64,000 nt of DNA from an uncultured Clostridia bacterium. Its GTDB lineage: Bacteria > Bacillota > DTU014. Shown piece by piece: positions 43,684 to 54,436 of the stretch (its first letter is position 1; the number at the start of each line of letters is the position of its first letter). The position numbers were made by a program, and so were the translations under genes. The notes under the pieces are model-generated. The model searched no databases and had not been told where the DNA came from. It worked only from the letters and a program-made list of their open reading frames with translations. Where the stretch lies: the NCBI GenBank assembly GCA_900016865.1, contig FIZI01000005.1, positions 37,895-101,894 of the forward strand. The letters run 5' to 3'.

Positions 43684-44562
43684 CTAACCCTGGATCTTGG
43701 GATCCATAATATCTCTAAATGCATCGCCGATTAGGTTCCATGCCAGAACAAAGAGCACTATTGCAAGCCCGGGATAGACAACTGCATACCAGTACGCTAG
43801 CGGATTGTCGGGAGTGCCGAGTATCCAGTTTCGGGCGTAGCTAATCATCTGTCCCCAGTCCGCATAGCCCTCAGGGGCGCCAAATCCCAAGAAGCTCAAA
43901 GATGCAACTGAGACCACAATCGAGCCGATGTTCATCGATGCCTGTATGAGCGTAGGATAGATGGTATTTGGAATTATGTGACGCATGAGTATCTTTGCGT
44001 CACTGACCCCAGCCGCACGGGCAGCGGCAATGAACTCCTCCTCTTTCACCTGAAGGACGCTTCCGCGCATCAGCCGTGCATAACCTGCCCACCTAAAGAC
44101 GATCATCGCTGCCATGACCTGAGTAAGGCCTCTGCCCCATATGGTGGTGACCACGATGGCTGCAATGAGAAACGGGAAGCTCATAAAGACGTCGGCTATG
44201 CGCATCACGATCTCATCAAACCGACCGCCGATATATCCAGAAACCGATCCCACAATGACCCCTATGAGGCATGTAGCTGCAGTCACGGTTATACCGACTC
44301 TAAACGCAGTCCGAGTGCCCCAAACGAGGCCATACAGGATATCATGTTGTTGGTGCGTCAACCCCAACGGATGCTCCGGCGACGGAGGCGACGGGGCTGC
44401 TCTCCATCCGTACCTCGGTATTCTATAAGGATCATCCTTGTATCTCTCAGGGGTCGGAGCTATGACAGGTGCGAATATCGCAACAAGAACAAAACCCAAC
44501 AGGAGAACCAACCCCAGCAGAGATACAGGATTGCGAAGCAGTTTCTTGAATACCATAGCCAT
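43684..44562 (-). CDS. peptide ABC transporter permease (OppC/DppC family)
   Basis: Binding-protein-dependent permease signature with an N-terminal Pro-rich insert. Confidence 0.85.
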   Translation of the reverse strand: MAMVFKKLLRNPVSLLGLVLLLGFVLVAIFAPVIAPTPERYKDDPYRIPRYGWRAAPSPPSPEHPLGLTHQQHDILYGLVWGTRTAFRVGITVTAATCLIGVIVGSVSGYIGGRFDEIVMRIADVFMSFPFLIAAIVVTTIWGRGLTQVMAAMIVFRWAGYARLMRGSVLQVKEEEFIAAARAAGVSDAKILMRHIIPNTIYPTLIQASMNIGSIVVSVASLSFLGFGAPEGYADWGQMISYARNWILGTPDNPLAYWYAVVYPGLAIVLFVLAWNLIGDAFRDIMDPKIQG

Positions 44563-44567
44563 AGTCC

Positions 44568-45605
44568 TTACTCCAATCTAACCCGCGGATCGATCACGGC
44601 GTATAGAATATCGACTACGAGATTGCCCAACACCATGAGCAATCCAAAGAACAGCGTGGTGCCTAGAACCAGCGTGTAGTCGAGCTGCTGTGCGCCTTGA
44701 GCTATCAGCATTCCAACTCCTTTGAAGTCAAAGACCGTCTCGACGATGACCACACCGCCCAGCAACCCGATAACCATAGATCCGGCTACAGTTGCGACTG
44801 GAATCAATGCGTTTCTTCTTACGTGTCTCGTGACGACCTTTCTTTCAGGAAGCCCTTTTGCACGTGCTGTTCGCACATGATCCTTATTTAGGACATCAAG
44901 CATACTCGATCGAGTAATCCGCAGTATAAACGCCCACCAAAGATAGGCGAGTGTTATGACGGGCCCAACCAAATGCCTCAAAGCATCAAGAAACACTTGC
45001 CACTCACCGTTTAGTATTGCATCTATTGTGTTCATGCCCGTATAGCGGACAAACGAACTCGACATCACGATTTGGTCGGCCCATACTGACAGCCTTCCCG
45101 GCGGAAACCACCTTAGCGCTCCATAGAAATACATGAGGAACAACAAGCCAAAGACAAAATCAGGGAGTGACCACCCGACTATCGCAAATATGCGTATTCC
45201 GTGATCAAGCGGCTTGTTGTGATTCATCGCCGCTGTCTGGCCCAATATGACCCCGCCCATGATCACCGGTATCACAGCAAACAGAGCCAGCTCGATCGTA
45301 GCAGGCAAACGCTTTGTCAGCGCCTCCACAACGCTCATGTTTGCAGACTCCGACCAGCCCAGATCACCGCGAACGAGATTCTTCAGCCAATTCCAATAGC
45401 GGACGTAAAAGGGCTGATCAAGTCCGTATTTCGTTACCAGTGCGTCCAGGTTGCCCGCGTACCGCCGAAGCTCATCGGGATCCTTTACATGCGTAGCCAG
45501 CTGCTGATACGGCGAGAGAAAAGCCGTGGTCAAAAATACAAAAAAGGTCACAGCCACAAGCACTATAGGCAAAAACAGAAGCCGCCGAATGATGTAATTC
45601 AGCAT
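44568..45605 (-). CDS. peptide ABC transporter permease (OppB/DppB family)
   Basis: Permease EAA-loop pattern and family-typical length. Confidence 0.85.
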   Translation of the reverse strand: MLNYIIRRLLFLPIVLVAVTFFVFLTTAFLSPYQQLATHVKDPDELRRYAGNLDALVTKYGLDQPFYVRYWNWLKNLVRGDLGWSESANMSVVEALTKRLPATIELALFAVIPVIMGGVILGQTAAMNHNKPLDHGIRIFAIVGWSLPDFVFGLLFLMYFYGALRWFPPGRLSVWADQIVMSSSFVRYTGMNTIDAILNGEWQVFLDALRHLVGPVITLAYLWWAFILRITRSSMLDVLNKDHVRTARAKGLPERKVVTRHVRRNALIPVATVAGSMVIGLLGGVVIVETVFDFKGVGMLIAQGAQQLDYTLVLGTTLFFGLLMVLGNLVVDILYAVIDPRVRLE

Positions 45606-45668
45606 GATCTAATCCCCCAATGGCCGTTCTATGCACCGGATAGCTCATGTTTCCGAACCCGGATGTCT

Positions 45669-45693
45669 AGTTCGGCCCGGGAGAGCCCTTAGC
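45669..45693 (-). promoter_or_regulatory. intra-operon stem-loop after the substrate-binding-protein gene
   Basis: GGGAGAGCCC-uuagc-GGGCUCUCCC, a 10-bp stem with no U-tract. Such a structure is typical for differential stabilisation of the SBP message. Confidence 0.35.
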
Positions 45694-45738
45694 GGGCTCT
45701 CCCCGTATTGCTGCATACAGTTTCACCCAGAAGCAGCG

Positions 45739-47553
45739 TTAGTTGACTTCCTTCCAGACGGTGTAGAAATCGTAGTTGCAGCTGAATGCCGGGTTGAAGA
45801 CGAAGCCTTTCACCCAGTCTCTGTGGACCCTGTGGTCTACTGCGTCATAGTAGAACAGACACGGTGCGAGGTCCTTCACCTTCTGCTGCAACTCTCTATA
45901 GATGGCCGCGCGCTCCTCAGGGTCTGTTGCCGAGATGCCAGCTTCGACCAAGGCATCGAAGTTCTCCTTTGCAAACTCCCTCATGCAGGGCTCGGCAAAC
46001 GTTCCCTTTGAGTGCAAGAACGGAACATAGAAGTTGTGGATGTCCGGGAAGTCCATTGCCCAGCCCATGAAGAACGCAGGCAATGATCCGGTAGTGAGCT
46101 TGTCGAGGTAGGTCGCCCACTCCATACCCTGCACGTCGATCTGGAACTTCGGGTTGATAGATTCTATGACGTATTCCAGCATCTGAGCTGCGGTCATTCG
46201 CTGGGTGTTGCCGCTGTTGTAGAGCAGGGTCAGCTTGAAGCCCTTCTCCCAGAGCTCGCCGCCAAACGCCTTCTTGAACTCCTCTGCTGCAGCGTCCGGA
46301 TCAAAGTCGTACCAAGGTATGTCCTTGTCGATGAATGGCAGAACCTGGTGAGCTGCGCCGTATGGCTTGAACCCTAGACCCATTGCGACATCCTCGATAT
46401 AGGCAGCGTAATCAAACGCGTAGTTGAAGGCTCTGCGGACATGGACGTCTGCAAAGAAGTCACTGGGCACGCCGTTGCCATCCAGCTTGCCGCTGCCGAC
46501 AATCGCCTCGTTGCCCTCAACAGGGAAGTTGAAGTTGAAGATCAGAACGCTGTTGGCTATCCTGGGCAGATTCTCCACTATCTCGACGCCCGGAATGCCC
46601 CTGACCTGATCCAGGAACTGAGCATTGACGACGACCGCGTCAGCTTCACCGGTCTTGAGCATGAGCTGACGAGTGCTGTCCTCGTCGATGTACTTGATGA
46701 CAACTCTAGCGAGCTTTGCAGGTTCGCGCCAGTAGTCGTCAAACCTCTCGAGTATGATCTGACCAGTAGCCTTGTCCCAAGTTACCAGCTTAAACGGACC
46801 GCATCCGTTCTCCTTGTCATATGCTGCCAGGCTCTCCTTGGCATTCTGGTAGTACTTCGGCCAAGTGTCAGGCTGGCCATCCCATGCGCCATTTTCAATC
46901 ATCCAGCTCTTGCACAAGATTGATCCCCAGCTGCCGCCTTTGGCAAGGATGTTCAAGAACGGCCCATACGGAGCTGCCAGCTTGAACACGACGTAGTTGC
47001 CGTCAACTTCGATTGCCGCGTCGACAGCCTCGTATACCTTGCGGACGATCTCAGCATCGAGGTCCTCGACGCTCTCAAACGAATCCGGTCCACCGAGTTT
47101 CGCCACCAGCTGAGCCAGACTGTGTACCCCAAACAGCGGCTCATAGAACATGAGCTGCGGGCCACCCATCGGATCTGCCAGCAGGTTTCTCTCAAATGTG
47201 TACTCGACGTCTTCCGGAGTCAAGACCTCACCGTTGTGAAACTTCACGCCCTCACGTATAGGGAACTTGACGATTGTGCCGTCCTCAGATATGAGCCCGT
47301 TCTCGACGCTCGGAACCTCTGTCGCGAGCATCGGGATTAGCACGTCCAGGCTACTCCCTTCGTAGGCGATGAGGTTGTCGTAAATCTGATGGATAATCTC
47401 ACCACTGGCGGTGTCGTAGCACTCCGCAGGGTCAAGCGTGTCCGGCTGGCCGAACGTCACGAACACGAATGTGTCCGGATCAGTTGCAGCATATGCCGTG
47501 GCCGCGAAGACCACCATGACAGCGACTACGACAGCAAACAACTTAGTCTTCAT
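45739..47553 (-). CDS. peptide/nickel ABC substrate-binding protein (family 5), lipoprotein/secreted
   Basis: Signal peptide MKTKLFAVVVAVMVVFAATAYA and an SBP family 5 fold, 604 aa. Confidence 0.85.
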   Translation of the reverse strand: MKTKLFAVVVAVMVVFAATAYAATDPDTFVFVTFGQPDTLDPAECYDTASGEIIHQIYDNLIAYEGSSLDVLIPMLATEVPSVENGLISEDGTIVKFPIREGVKFHNGEVLTPEDVEYTFERNLLADPMGGPQLMFYEPLFGVHSLAQLVAKLGGPDSFESVEDLDAEIVRKVYEAVDAAIEVDGNYVVFKLAAPYGPFLNILAKGGSWGSILCKSWMIENGAWDGQPDTWPKYYQNAKESLAAYDKENGCGPFKLVTWDKATGQIILERFDDYWREPAKLARVVIKYIDEDSTRQLMLKTGEADAVVVNAQFLDQVRGIPGVEIVENLPRIANSVLIFNFNFPVEGNEAIVGSGKLDGNGVPSDFFADVHVRRAFNYAFDYAAYIEDVAMGLGFKPYGAAHQVLPFIDKDIPWYDFDPDAAAEEFKKAFGGELWEKGFKLTLLYNSGNTQRMTAAQMLEYVIESINPKFQIDVQGMEWATYLDKLTTGSLPAFFMGWAMDFPDIHNFYVPFLHSKGTFAEPCMREFAKENFDALVEAGISATDPEERAAIYRELQQKVKDLAPCLFYYDAVDHRVHRDWVKGFVFNPAFSCNYDFYTVWKEVN

Positions 47554-47623
47554 ACTGTCTCCTCCCTTAATGAATGCTGATCAAGTGCTTTATGCAGCAA
47601 GACCGAAGCGGGCGCCTGCCTTG

Positions 47624-48730
47624 CTAGGCTCCTTGCCTCAGGCTGACACCAGCCAGGTCCAGCTCCCTATATCTGTGGCAGCTGACATAGTGACTGCCAA
47701 CCTCGTCTTTCTTGCCATCAACCCGTGTCAACTGAGGCGTCTCTCTCGAGCAGATGTCTGTGGCATACCTGCAGCGAGGGTGGAAATGACAGCCACTGGG
47801 CGGATTGGATGGACTCGGCACGTCGCCCTCCAAGATGATCTGCTCCATCTTGAAGTCCGGATCAGGAACAGGAATGGCAGAAAACAGGGCTTCCGTGTAG
47901 GGATGACGTGGGTTTTCAAACAGCGAATCCACATCGGCCATCTCCACAATCCTGCCAAGGTACATGACAGCCACTCTGTCGCTGATGTGCTGAACGACCG
48001 AAAGATCGTGAGCTATAAAGAGGTATGTCAACCCGTACCGTTCCTGGAGCTCTTCCAGCAGGTTGATCACTTGAGCCTGAATGGAAACATCGAGAGCAGA
48101 GACAGGTTCATCACATATGATCAAAGAAGGATTCAGCGCCAATGCCCGCGCTATCCCTATCCTCTGGCGTTGCCCGCCGCTAAACTCATGCGGGTATCTG
48201 TCCATATGAGACTTACTGAGGCCAACGGCTTCCATCAGTTCTTCTACGCGTGCGTACCTCTCTGCACGGTTTTTCATCCCTTGAGCTTCGAGAGGCTCAG
48301 CTATAATGTCTCGCACTCTCATGCGGGGACTGAGAGAAGAATACGGATCCTGGAATATGATCTGAATATCTTTGCGCAGACCCGCTATGGTTTTGCGGTC
48401 TACATTGATCCACTGCCCGTCGCGGTTAAACCTTATCGTTCCGGCTGTAGGCTCTTCAAGCTGCATTATGCAACGGCCTGTAGTGGTCTTGCCGCAACCG
48501 CTCTCTCCAACCAACCCGAAGGTCTCGCCGCGTTTGACGTAAAAATCCACACCGTCAACGGCCTTGACCCATCCAACAGGCCTCCTAAACACACCGCCAA
48601 GTATAGGGAAGTGCTTCTTTAGGCCTTTGACTTCAAGCAGAACGTCCTCGCGATCAACCTCATTCAATGGCTCGCCAGGTCGTTCGTCACCCGTAAAGCC
48701 GTTATCCTCAAACTGTTTATCAGCAGTCAT
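47624..48730 (-). CDS. peptide ABC transporter ATP-binding protein (OppF-type) with C-terminal oligopeptide-transporter extension
   Basis: Walker [18 protein letters not shown] signature and a C-terminal Cys cluster. Confidence 0.85.
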   Translation of the reverse strand: MTADKQFEDNGFTGDERPGEPLNEVDREDVLLEVKGLKKHFPILGGVFRRPVGWVKAVDGVDFYVKRGETFGLVGESGCGKTTTGRCIMQLEEPTAGTIRFNRDGQWINVDRKTIAGLRKDIQIIFQDPYSSLSPRMRVRDIIAEPLEAQGMKNRAERYARVEELMEAVGLSKSHMDRYPHEFSGGQRQRIGIARALALNPSLIICDEPVSALDVSIQAQVINLLEELQERYGLTYLFIAHDLSVVQHISDRVAVMYLGRIVEMADVDSLFENPRHPYTEALFSAIPVPDPDFKMEQIILEGDVPSPSNPPSGCHFHPRCRYATDICSRETPQLTRVDGKKDEVGSHYVSCHRYRELDLAGVSLRQGA

Positions 48731-48749
48731 CTTTCAACAAGCCCTCCCA

Positions 48750-49826
48750 TCACTCATAGAGCCAGCAGCGAACTTCATGTCCTTGCGCAACTTCAACAAG
48801 CGGAGGCTCTTCGCTGCACACGGACATGGCTCTCGGACATCTCGGTCTGAAGCTACAGCCCTCCGGAATCTCGGTGATGTCCGGCACTGTGCCCTCGATT
48901 GGAATCAACTTGCTGCGCCTGGAGCCGAGTCTCGGTATGGAGTTCATCAGTCCGACTGTGTATGGATGAGCGGGCTCTTTGAAAATGGCCTCGACAGGGG
49001 CGCTTTCGACGATCTTCCCCATGTACATGACTGCCACATCATCGCACATCCTGCTGACAACCCCAAGATCGTGCGTAATCATAATGATCGACATGTGGAA
49101 CTGATCCTGAAGCTTGATCATCAGATCAAGGATCTGCGCCTGTATGGTTACATCAAGTGCAGTTGTCGGTTCATCCGCAATAAGAAGGCTGGGGTTGCAC
49201 GAGAGCGCCATGGCGATCATCGCTCGCTGCCTCATGCCTCCGCTCATTTGGTGGGGATACTCCTTTGCCCTCTGGGCCGGACTCGGAATTCCTACCTTGT
49301 CCAGCATGTCGATGGCCATGTCCCAAGCTTCTTTCCTTGTCACATCTTGATGCAGAAGAATAGCCTCAACAATCTGATAACCGACGCTGTACACAGGGTT
49401 CAGCGACGTCATGGGCTCCTGAAATATCATCGCTATCTCATTGCCCCGGATGTTCCTCATGACCGGGCCCTTAGGGTCAAGACGGGCGATGTCTATGGGG
49501 CCGGACTCACGCCTGTTGTACAGGATTCGTCCGGAGTGAATCCTTCCGCTGTGCTCGGGTACGAGCTGCATGATTGAGAGGGCTGTCACGCTCTTGCCGC
49601 AACCGCTCTCCCCGACCAATCCGAGCACCTTTTGCCTCTCTACCTCAAACGATACTCCGTCAACTGCGCGTACGGTACCCTGTTCGTATGAGAAGTACGT
49701 GCAGAGATCCTCAACCTTCAAAAGCGCAGACGGGCCCATCTCCATCTTAAGTCCATTCTGATCGAGCTGAACGGCGTTGTGACCGCCGTTCCTCCTAAGA
49801 ACCCTAGCCAATGTGTCCAAGCCCAT
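48750..49826 (-). CDS. peptide ABC transporter ATP-binding protein (OppD-type)
   Basis: GESGCGKS Walker A and MSGGMRQR signature. ATG with a GGAGGT SD. Confidence 0.85.
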   Translation of the reverse strand: MGLDTLARVLRRNGGHNAVQLDQNGLKMEMGPSALLKVEDLCTYFSYEQGTVRAVDGVSFEVERQKVLGLVGESGCGKSVTALSIMQLVPEHSGRIHSGRILYNRRESGPIDIARLDPKGPVMRNIRGNEIAMIFQEPMTSLNPVYSVGYQIVEAILLHQDVTRKEAWDMAIDMLDKVGIPSPAQRAKEYPHQMSGGMRQRAMIAMALSCNPSLLIADEPTTALDVTIQAQILDLMIKLQDQFHMSIIMITHDLGVVSRMCDDVAVMYMGKIVESAPVEAIFKEPAHPYTVGLMNSIPRLGSRRSKLIPIEGTVPDITEIPEGCSFRPRCPRAMSVCSEEPPLVEVAQGHEVRCWLYE

Positions 49827-50125
49827 GATCTAGTACCTCCAACCCGTCTAAACCAAACCAGCGCCCTTGACGAATACTCTGTATTTCCTCTAGCCTTCGT
49901 GCAGACTCCAGAGCGGTCAAGCGGCCGCGATCGGCACCAGCGATCGCTCCCAGAATACAGATATGCACAAAGGATCTGACATCTCGTGATCAGATCCAAT
50001 GACGAGGTGCAACTGCTTCCAACAATATACTTCCGAAATTATTTCGAATAGTATACTAGTGGTAGTCTAACACTAATAGCCCACACATGTCAAAGTTGTT
50101 TTTTACCTGTCCTGACGTGTGACCA

Positions 50126-50380
50126 TCACAGCTTAATCCCAGCTCCGGGCATATATTCAGGATTGAGATAATCAGATGGGTCTGTGCTTATAAGCCTGAC
50201 CACTTCCGCCATGCCTTCTCCGGTTTCACACACGATGAGGCGCGCACCTCCTCGGACTACCTCACGATACCGTTTGGGGTCCAATGCAGCGCTCGTCATT
50301 ACTAGAGACTCGACTTCCTGGCCGTGGAGCGACTGCCAATCTGCGAACACAACTTCTGGAGGAATCACTGAATACAGCAC
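50126..50380 (-). CDS. hypothetical small protein (84 aa) downstream of tepA-like gene
   Basis: The ORF has a 5-nt gap to the upstream gene (coupled). No recognisable motif. Confidence 0.35.
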   Translation of the reverse strand: MLYSVIPPEVVFADWQSLHGQEVESLVMTSAALDPKRYREVVRGGARLIVCETGEGMAEVVRLISTDPSDYLNPEYMPGAGIKL

Positions 50381-50385
50381 AGCTG

Positions 50386-51258
50386 TTACTCCTTGTCCTT
50401 GCCGGTTTTTTCGCTAGACTCTATGAGCTCATGCAATTTGGCAAGTGCAGCGGACAACCCGCCCACCTCATCGATCAAGCCTACCTCGACAGCCTCTGCA
50501 CCGACCATGACTGTACCTACATCCCGCACTAAGTCCCCTGTTCGAGTCATCAGCTCGCGGAACTTCTCTGCCTCGATTCGAGAATGTTTAGTGATAAAAC
50601 GTATCACCCTGTCCTGCATTTTGTCCAGATACTCATAGGTCTGAGGCACGCCTATGACAAGGCCTGCGAGTCTTATGGGATGGATGGTCATTGTAGCAGT
50701 GGGGGCAATAAACGAGTAGTCTGCGCTGACTGCTATCGGAATGGCGATCGAATGGCCTCCTCCAAGAACTAGTGACACTACCGGCTTTGAGAGGGTCACC
50801 AACAGTTCTGCGATGGCCAGCCCTGCGTCAACGTCCCCTCCTACGGTGTTCAAGACGACGAGGACGCCCTTTATGCTCGGGTCCTGCTCTATTGCCACCA
50901 GCTGGGGAATGATGTGTTCGTACTTGCTTGTCTTGTTTTGAGGAGGGAGGACCAAGTGTCCCTCGATCTGCCCGATTATGGTCACGCAGTGGATCTCAGA
51001 TCTGTGAGCTCCTAGAGGTGGCGTTTGGCCCATTTGTTTCACTGACTCCATGGTCGATTGGGCCGAGTAATCCCTGTTCTCCTCAACATTCTCTTTGCGC
51101 TCAGCATTGGATGCCCTGCTTCTGCCTGGATCTGCAGTGGCTCTCCTCCCGCCGATCTGCTCGGACAGAGCAGAATCCTTGCCTGATAGCAGCAACTGAG
51201 TGTGCATACTCTCCGGAGTCATGAAATCACCATCTTTCCATATATAAAAGGCGTACAC
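50386..51258 (-). CDS. ClpP-family protein (TepA/translocation-enhancing protein-like)
   Basis: ClpP fold with a GGGHSIAI Ser and a MTIHPI His region. The N-terminal extension is non-homologous; an alternative start is ATG 51222 (SD GGTGA). Confidence 0.7.
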   Translation of the reverse strand: MYAFYIWKDGDFMTPESMHTQLLLSGKDSALSEQIGGRRATADPGRSRASNAERKENVEENRDYSAQSTMESVKQMGQTPPLGAHRSEIHCVTIIGQIEGHLVLPPQNKTSKYEHIIPQLVAIEQDPSIKGVLVVLNTVGGDVDAGLAIAELLVTLSKPVVSLVLGGGHSIAIPIAVSADYSFIAPTATMTIHPIRLAGLVIGVPQTYEYLDKMQDRVIRFITKHSRIEAEKFRELMTRTGDLVRDVGTVMVGAEAVEVGLIDEVGGLSAALAKLHELIESSEKTGKDKE

Positions 51259-51360
51259 AAATCAAACAGCCGTATGACTAGTATGCATTCAGCTCGCAGC
51301 TGCTATGCCACACATGCAAAGCCCAGCGCAGTACAGGGTTGTGAGTGGTTCTCTTAACGT

Positions 51361-51485
51361 CTCCACATATATAGGGTCCGGTGTACGTATATGGTCGAAT
51401 GCAAACGACGAGAAAAAATCGCATCGTTTGTTAGATACCGCATACGAGTCGAGTGCACTATAGGTGCAGGTGCATCCAATATTTG
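51361..51485. repeat. copy 2 of the ~125-nt intergenic element
   Basis: Aligns base-for-base with 6641-6770 at roughly 75% identity, including the hairpin region and the tgcatccaatat end block. Confidence 0.6.
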
Positions 51486-51640
51486 GGGTAGGTGTCAGTC
51501 GCATCCACGGCCCATGTCCACACTTCACTTGACAATCAGCAGTCGGTTTGGTTCAATTACAGCGGGTGGACATCGTGGGCGGGTTGCTCCGCAGGTCTAC
51601 CGAGTTTACGAGACCCACTCCGGGATAGAAAGGAGCCGCC

Positions 51641-51655
51641 ATGTTCAGCAGGTAA
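51641..51655 (+). promoter_or_regulatory. 4-codon leader uORF (MFSR) of ABC-F attenuator
   Basis: AGGAG SD at 51631-51635, 5-nt spacer, then ATG TTC AGC AGG TAA. A terminator lies downstream before the ABC-F start. Confidence 0.5.
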
Positions 51656-51813
51656 CCGACTTGTGGTACGCAGCCTCAAAAAGCGTCATCACTTAGGTCG
51701 AACCTGCAGTGGTTGGGCTCTCGTCTTTCATTGCGCTGTTTGGAGTGATTCACCGGGATAGGACCGCCTAGTCCAGTCCTATCCGATCACCCATAAGCTA
51801 CGTGTGCGCTCAG

Positions 51814-51853
51814 GGCCACGGCAGGTTTGACCGCCGTGGCCTTTGCTTGTTTG
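51814..51853 (+). terminator. leader attenuator terminator upstream of ABC-F gene
   Basis: GGCCACGGC-aggtttgacc-GCCGTGGCC followed by TTTGCTTGTTTG, ~40 nt before ATG 51894. Confidence 0.65.
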
Positions 51854-51893
51854 CGAGACTATTTTGCGCTCACAGCCTTGGGGGTGGACGTCA

Positions 51894-53528
51894 ATGCTAT
51901 TGAGCTGTAACCGGATTCGGAAGCAATATGACGGGATCGAAATACTGAAAGGCATCGATCTCGATATCGCGTTTGGTGAAAGGATCGGTCTGGTCGGACC
52001 CAACGGGGCTGGCAAGACCACTCTCATGCAAGCCATTGCTCACGAGGTGTCGATTGACGATGGAGATATCACCTTCTGGCTGCCTCGAACGAAAATAGGA
52101 TATCTGCGCCAGTCTGTCGGAGCCTCGCGTTTCTCTGAAGGATACCGCCTCATCACAGTGACCCGCAGACTCGAGTCGGGCAAGACCATAGTCGAACCGC
52201 CAGCCGCAGATACTGATGAGCTTCGTGAGCTGCTGAAGATCTCGAGTCAGTTAGGCATCGGGTATTTAGACGAGTGGAGTGCACAGCACATCAACGGCCT
52301 CAGTGGAGGAGAGCGAGCAAAGCTTGCACTGGCAAGGATCTGGTCGGCTCAGCCTGATCTCTTGTTGCTCGATGAGCCCACCAATCATATGGACCTCAAC
52401 GGCATAGACTGGCTTATCGATCAGCTCAGACAGTACACAGGCGCGGTCCTTGTAATCTCACATGACCGATATTTTCTTGATCAGGTTGTATGCAGGATCG
52501 TAGAAATCGATGACGGCAAAGCTGAGAGCTACAGCGGCAACTACTCCTTCTATAGAGAAGAGAGGGCAAGAATTCGAGCAGCCCAGCTAAGACAGTATGA
52601 AGAAGCAAAGAGGCAGGAGAAACGCTTAGAAGAGGACGTTTTGCGCACCAAGCAATGGGCGGCCAAGGCTCACAGGGAGGCAGGCAAAAAGTCGGAGATA
52701 AGGTCGGCAAAGGTCGGCGACAGAGCCCGAGCAAAGCGGATCGATAGGCAGGCCAAAGCAAAGGTCAAGCGGCTCGAACGGCACAGGGCAAGAGCGCCGA
52801 GAAAACCAAAGGACGACCCGAATATTCGCTTTCAGATCAAGAGCGCAGAGAAACACGGCAGGCGAATGATCTACGCCAAGGGGATCTCCAAGGAGTACTC
52901 GGGCAGGGCCTTGTTTAGAGACAGTAGTTTCTACATCCTCAGAGGTGACAAAGTCGGATTGCTTGGCAAAAACGGCTGCGGCAAGACAACCCTCCTTAAA
53001 ATCATCCTGGGAGAAGAAACTCCTGATGAGGGCGAGGTCTGGATCAGTCCATCTGCGTGCATCGGATACCTCGCTCAGGGAGATCCGCTGTCAGGCGCAG
53101 ATGGATCGACGCTGGATGTTCTCGGCCTATCGAGTAGCGTGCTCGCGTCAAAGGCAAGGACCTTGCTCGCACAGATGGGTATCGGAGAGGATCTGGTTCA
53201 TAAGCCCGTCAGCGTCCTCAGTGCGGGCGAAAGGACCAAAGTGGAGATAGCGAGACTGATCATCAACCAGGCAAACCTTCTCCTCCTCGACGAGCCAACC
53301 AATCACCTGGACATCTATGCTAGAGAGCAACTCGAAGCGGCGCTAGTCGCCTATGACGGAACCATAATCATGGCTTCTCACGACAGGCGCATGCTAGAGT
53401 CGGTCTGCAACCGAATCCTCGTATTCGAAGACGGGCAGATACGACCTATGAGAGAAGAGGCCGATCCACCCGACGTAGACATAGAGTGGTGCTTTAGCAG
53501 CGACGACATAGAGCTCGATCTGCCCTAG
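51894..53528 (+). CDS. ABC-F family ATPase (two ABC domains, no TMD; ARE/translation-factor type)
   Basis: Two Walker A motifs (GPNGAGKTT, GKNGCGKTT), two LSGGE signatures and a ~80-aa Lys/Arg-rich interdomain linker. ATG 51894 has a GGGGGTGGA SD. Confidence 0.85.
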   Translation: MLLSCNRIRKQYDGIEILKGIDLDIAFGERIGLVGPNGAGKTTLMQAIAHEVSIDDGDITFWLPRTKIGYLRQSVGASRFSEGYRLITVTRRLESGKTIVEPPAADTDELRELLKISSQLGIGYLDEWSAQHINGLSGGERAKLALARIWSAQPDLLLLDEPTNHMDLNGIDWLIDQLRQYTGAVLVISHDRYFLDQVVCRIVEIDDGKAESYSGNYSFYREERARIRAAQLRQYEEAKRQEKRLEEDVLRTKQWAAKAHREAGKKSEIRSAKVGDRARAKRIDRQAKAKVKRLERHRARAPRKPKDDPNIRFQIKSAEKHGRRMIYAKGISKEYSGRALFRDSSFYILRGDKVGLLGKNGCGKTTLLKIILGEETPDEGEVWISPSACIGYLAQGDPLSGADGSTLDVLGLSSSVLASKARTLLAQMGIGEDLVHKPVSVLSAGERTKVEIARLIINQANLLLLDEPTNHLDIYAREQLEAALVAYDGTIIMASHDRRMLESVCNRILVFEDGQIRPMREEADPPDVDIEWCFSSDDIELDLP

Positions 53529-54382
53529 AACGCTACTACCAGTCCTCCCTGGTCACCATAGACAGTGGTTATTCCGGCTCCGTTAACAATGATCACGTCC
53601 TTGAACTTGAGCCTCTCCAAAATCAGGTCGCGGAGTTGCTCTGCCTTTTCTCTGCAGTTTACATGAGCGATTCCGCAGATCTTCTCCTCAAACTGCTCGC
53701 CTTTTTCTGCGATTATGTCCACGAGCCTTTGGAGTGCCCGCTTTGCTCCTCTCACCTTGTCCGCCAGCTCAATCGTGCCTTCGTCGGTTTTTGCCAGGAT
53801 CAACCTCACGGAAAGGACAGAACTCAACTTGGCAACGATCTTGTTCAACCTTCCGGACTTAACAAGGTTGTCCAGAGACTCGAGTAGACAGTAGGTCTTC
53901 TGACTCTTGATGTAATCCGTGACCTTTTGGACTATTTCCGTTTCCCCGCAGTTCTTTCGGATGAGCTCTATAATCTTCAGATTCACCAGAGTCTGGCCTA
54001 CAGATGCGGTCTTTGAGTCAAACACGTGGACGAACCGAGCAAGTTTGTCTTCTATAGCCATTCTCGCTGCAAGCATTGCGTTGGAGTATGAAGCACTGAG
54101 TCTCGAGGAGACCGTCACAGCGAAGACGCAGTCTTCGCCTGCGAACTCTCGCATGAAGTCTCCAGGCGAGGGGCTCGATGTCTTGGGACCCGCACCTGAC
54201 TTCTTCATCTCATCCAACAGATCTTGTACATTGAGCGACTCGTCATCAACGAACTCCCGGTCACCGAGCAATATCGCCAAAGGCACTCGTTTGAACCGGC
54301 CACTGCTAACGAGTTCGTCAACAGGATCGCACGCGCTGTCTGTGACCAGCTTTATATGCTTCACACAGTTTCCTCCATTCAA
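53525..54382 (-). CDS. DegV-family fatty-acid-binding protein
   Basis: KLVTDSACDP at the N-terminus and a DegV/EDD fold pattern. Its stop codon overlaps the ABC-F stop on the opposite strand. Confidence 0.85.
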   Translation of the reverse strand: MNGGNCVKHIKLVTDSACDPVDELVSSGRFKRVPLAILLGDREFVDDESLNVQDLLDEMKKSGAGPKTSSPSPGDFMREFAGEDCVFAVTVSSRLSASYSNAMLAARMAIEDKLARFVHVFDSKTASVGQTLVNLKIIELIRKNCGETEIVQKVTDYIKSQKTYCLLESLDNLVKSGRLNKIVAKLSSVLSVRLILAKTDEGTIELADKVRGAKRALQRLVDIIAEKGEQFEEKICGIAHVNCREKAEQLRDLILERLKFKDVIIVNGAGITTVYGDQGGLVVAF

Positions 54383-54436
54383 CTTCAGCTTGCTTAAGTT
54401 TATCAGATCAGAGATGGCAATACCAGACCATTTCAG

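Noticed and set aside
49990-50060. Possible CodY box (AATTATTTCGAATAG) in the opp promoter region
   Set aside because: Only ~9/15 match to the AATTTTCWGAAAATT consensus in either orientation, which is too weak to call.
53525-53528. Overlapping convergent stop codons of ABC-F (TAG 53526-53528) and DegV (TAG rc 53525-53527)
   Set aside because: Real but trivial. It is a compact convergent junction without a terminator and carries no functional implication on its own.
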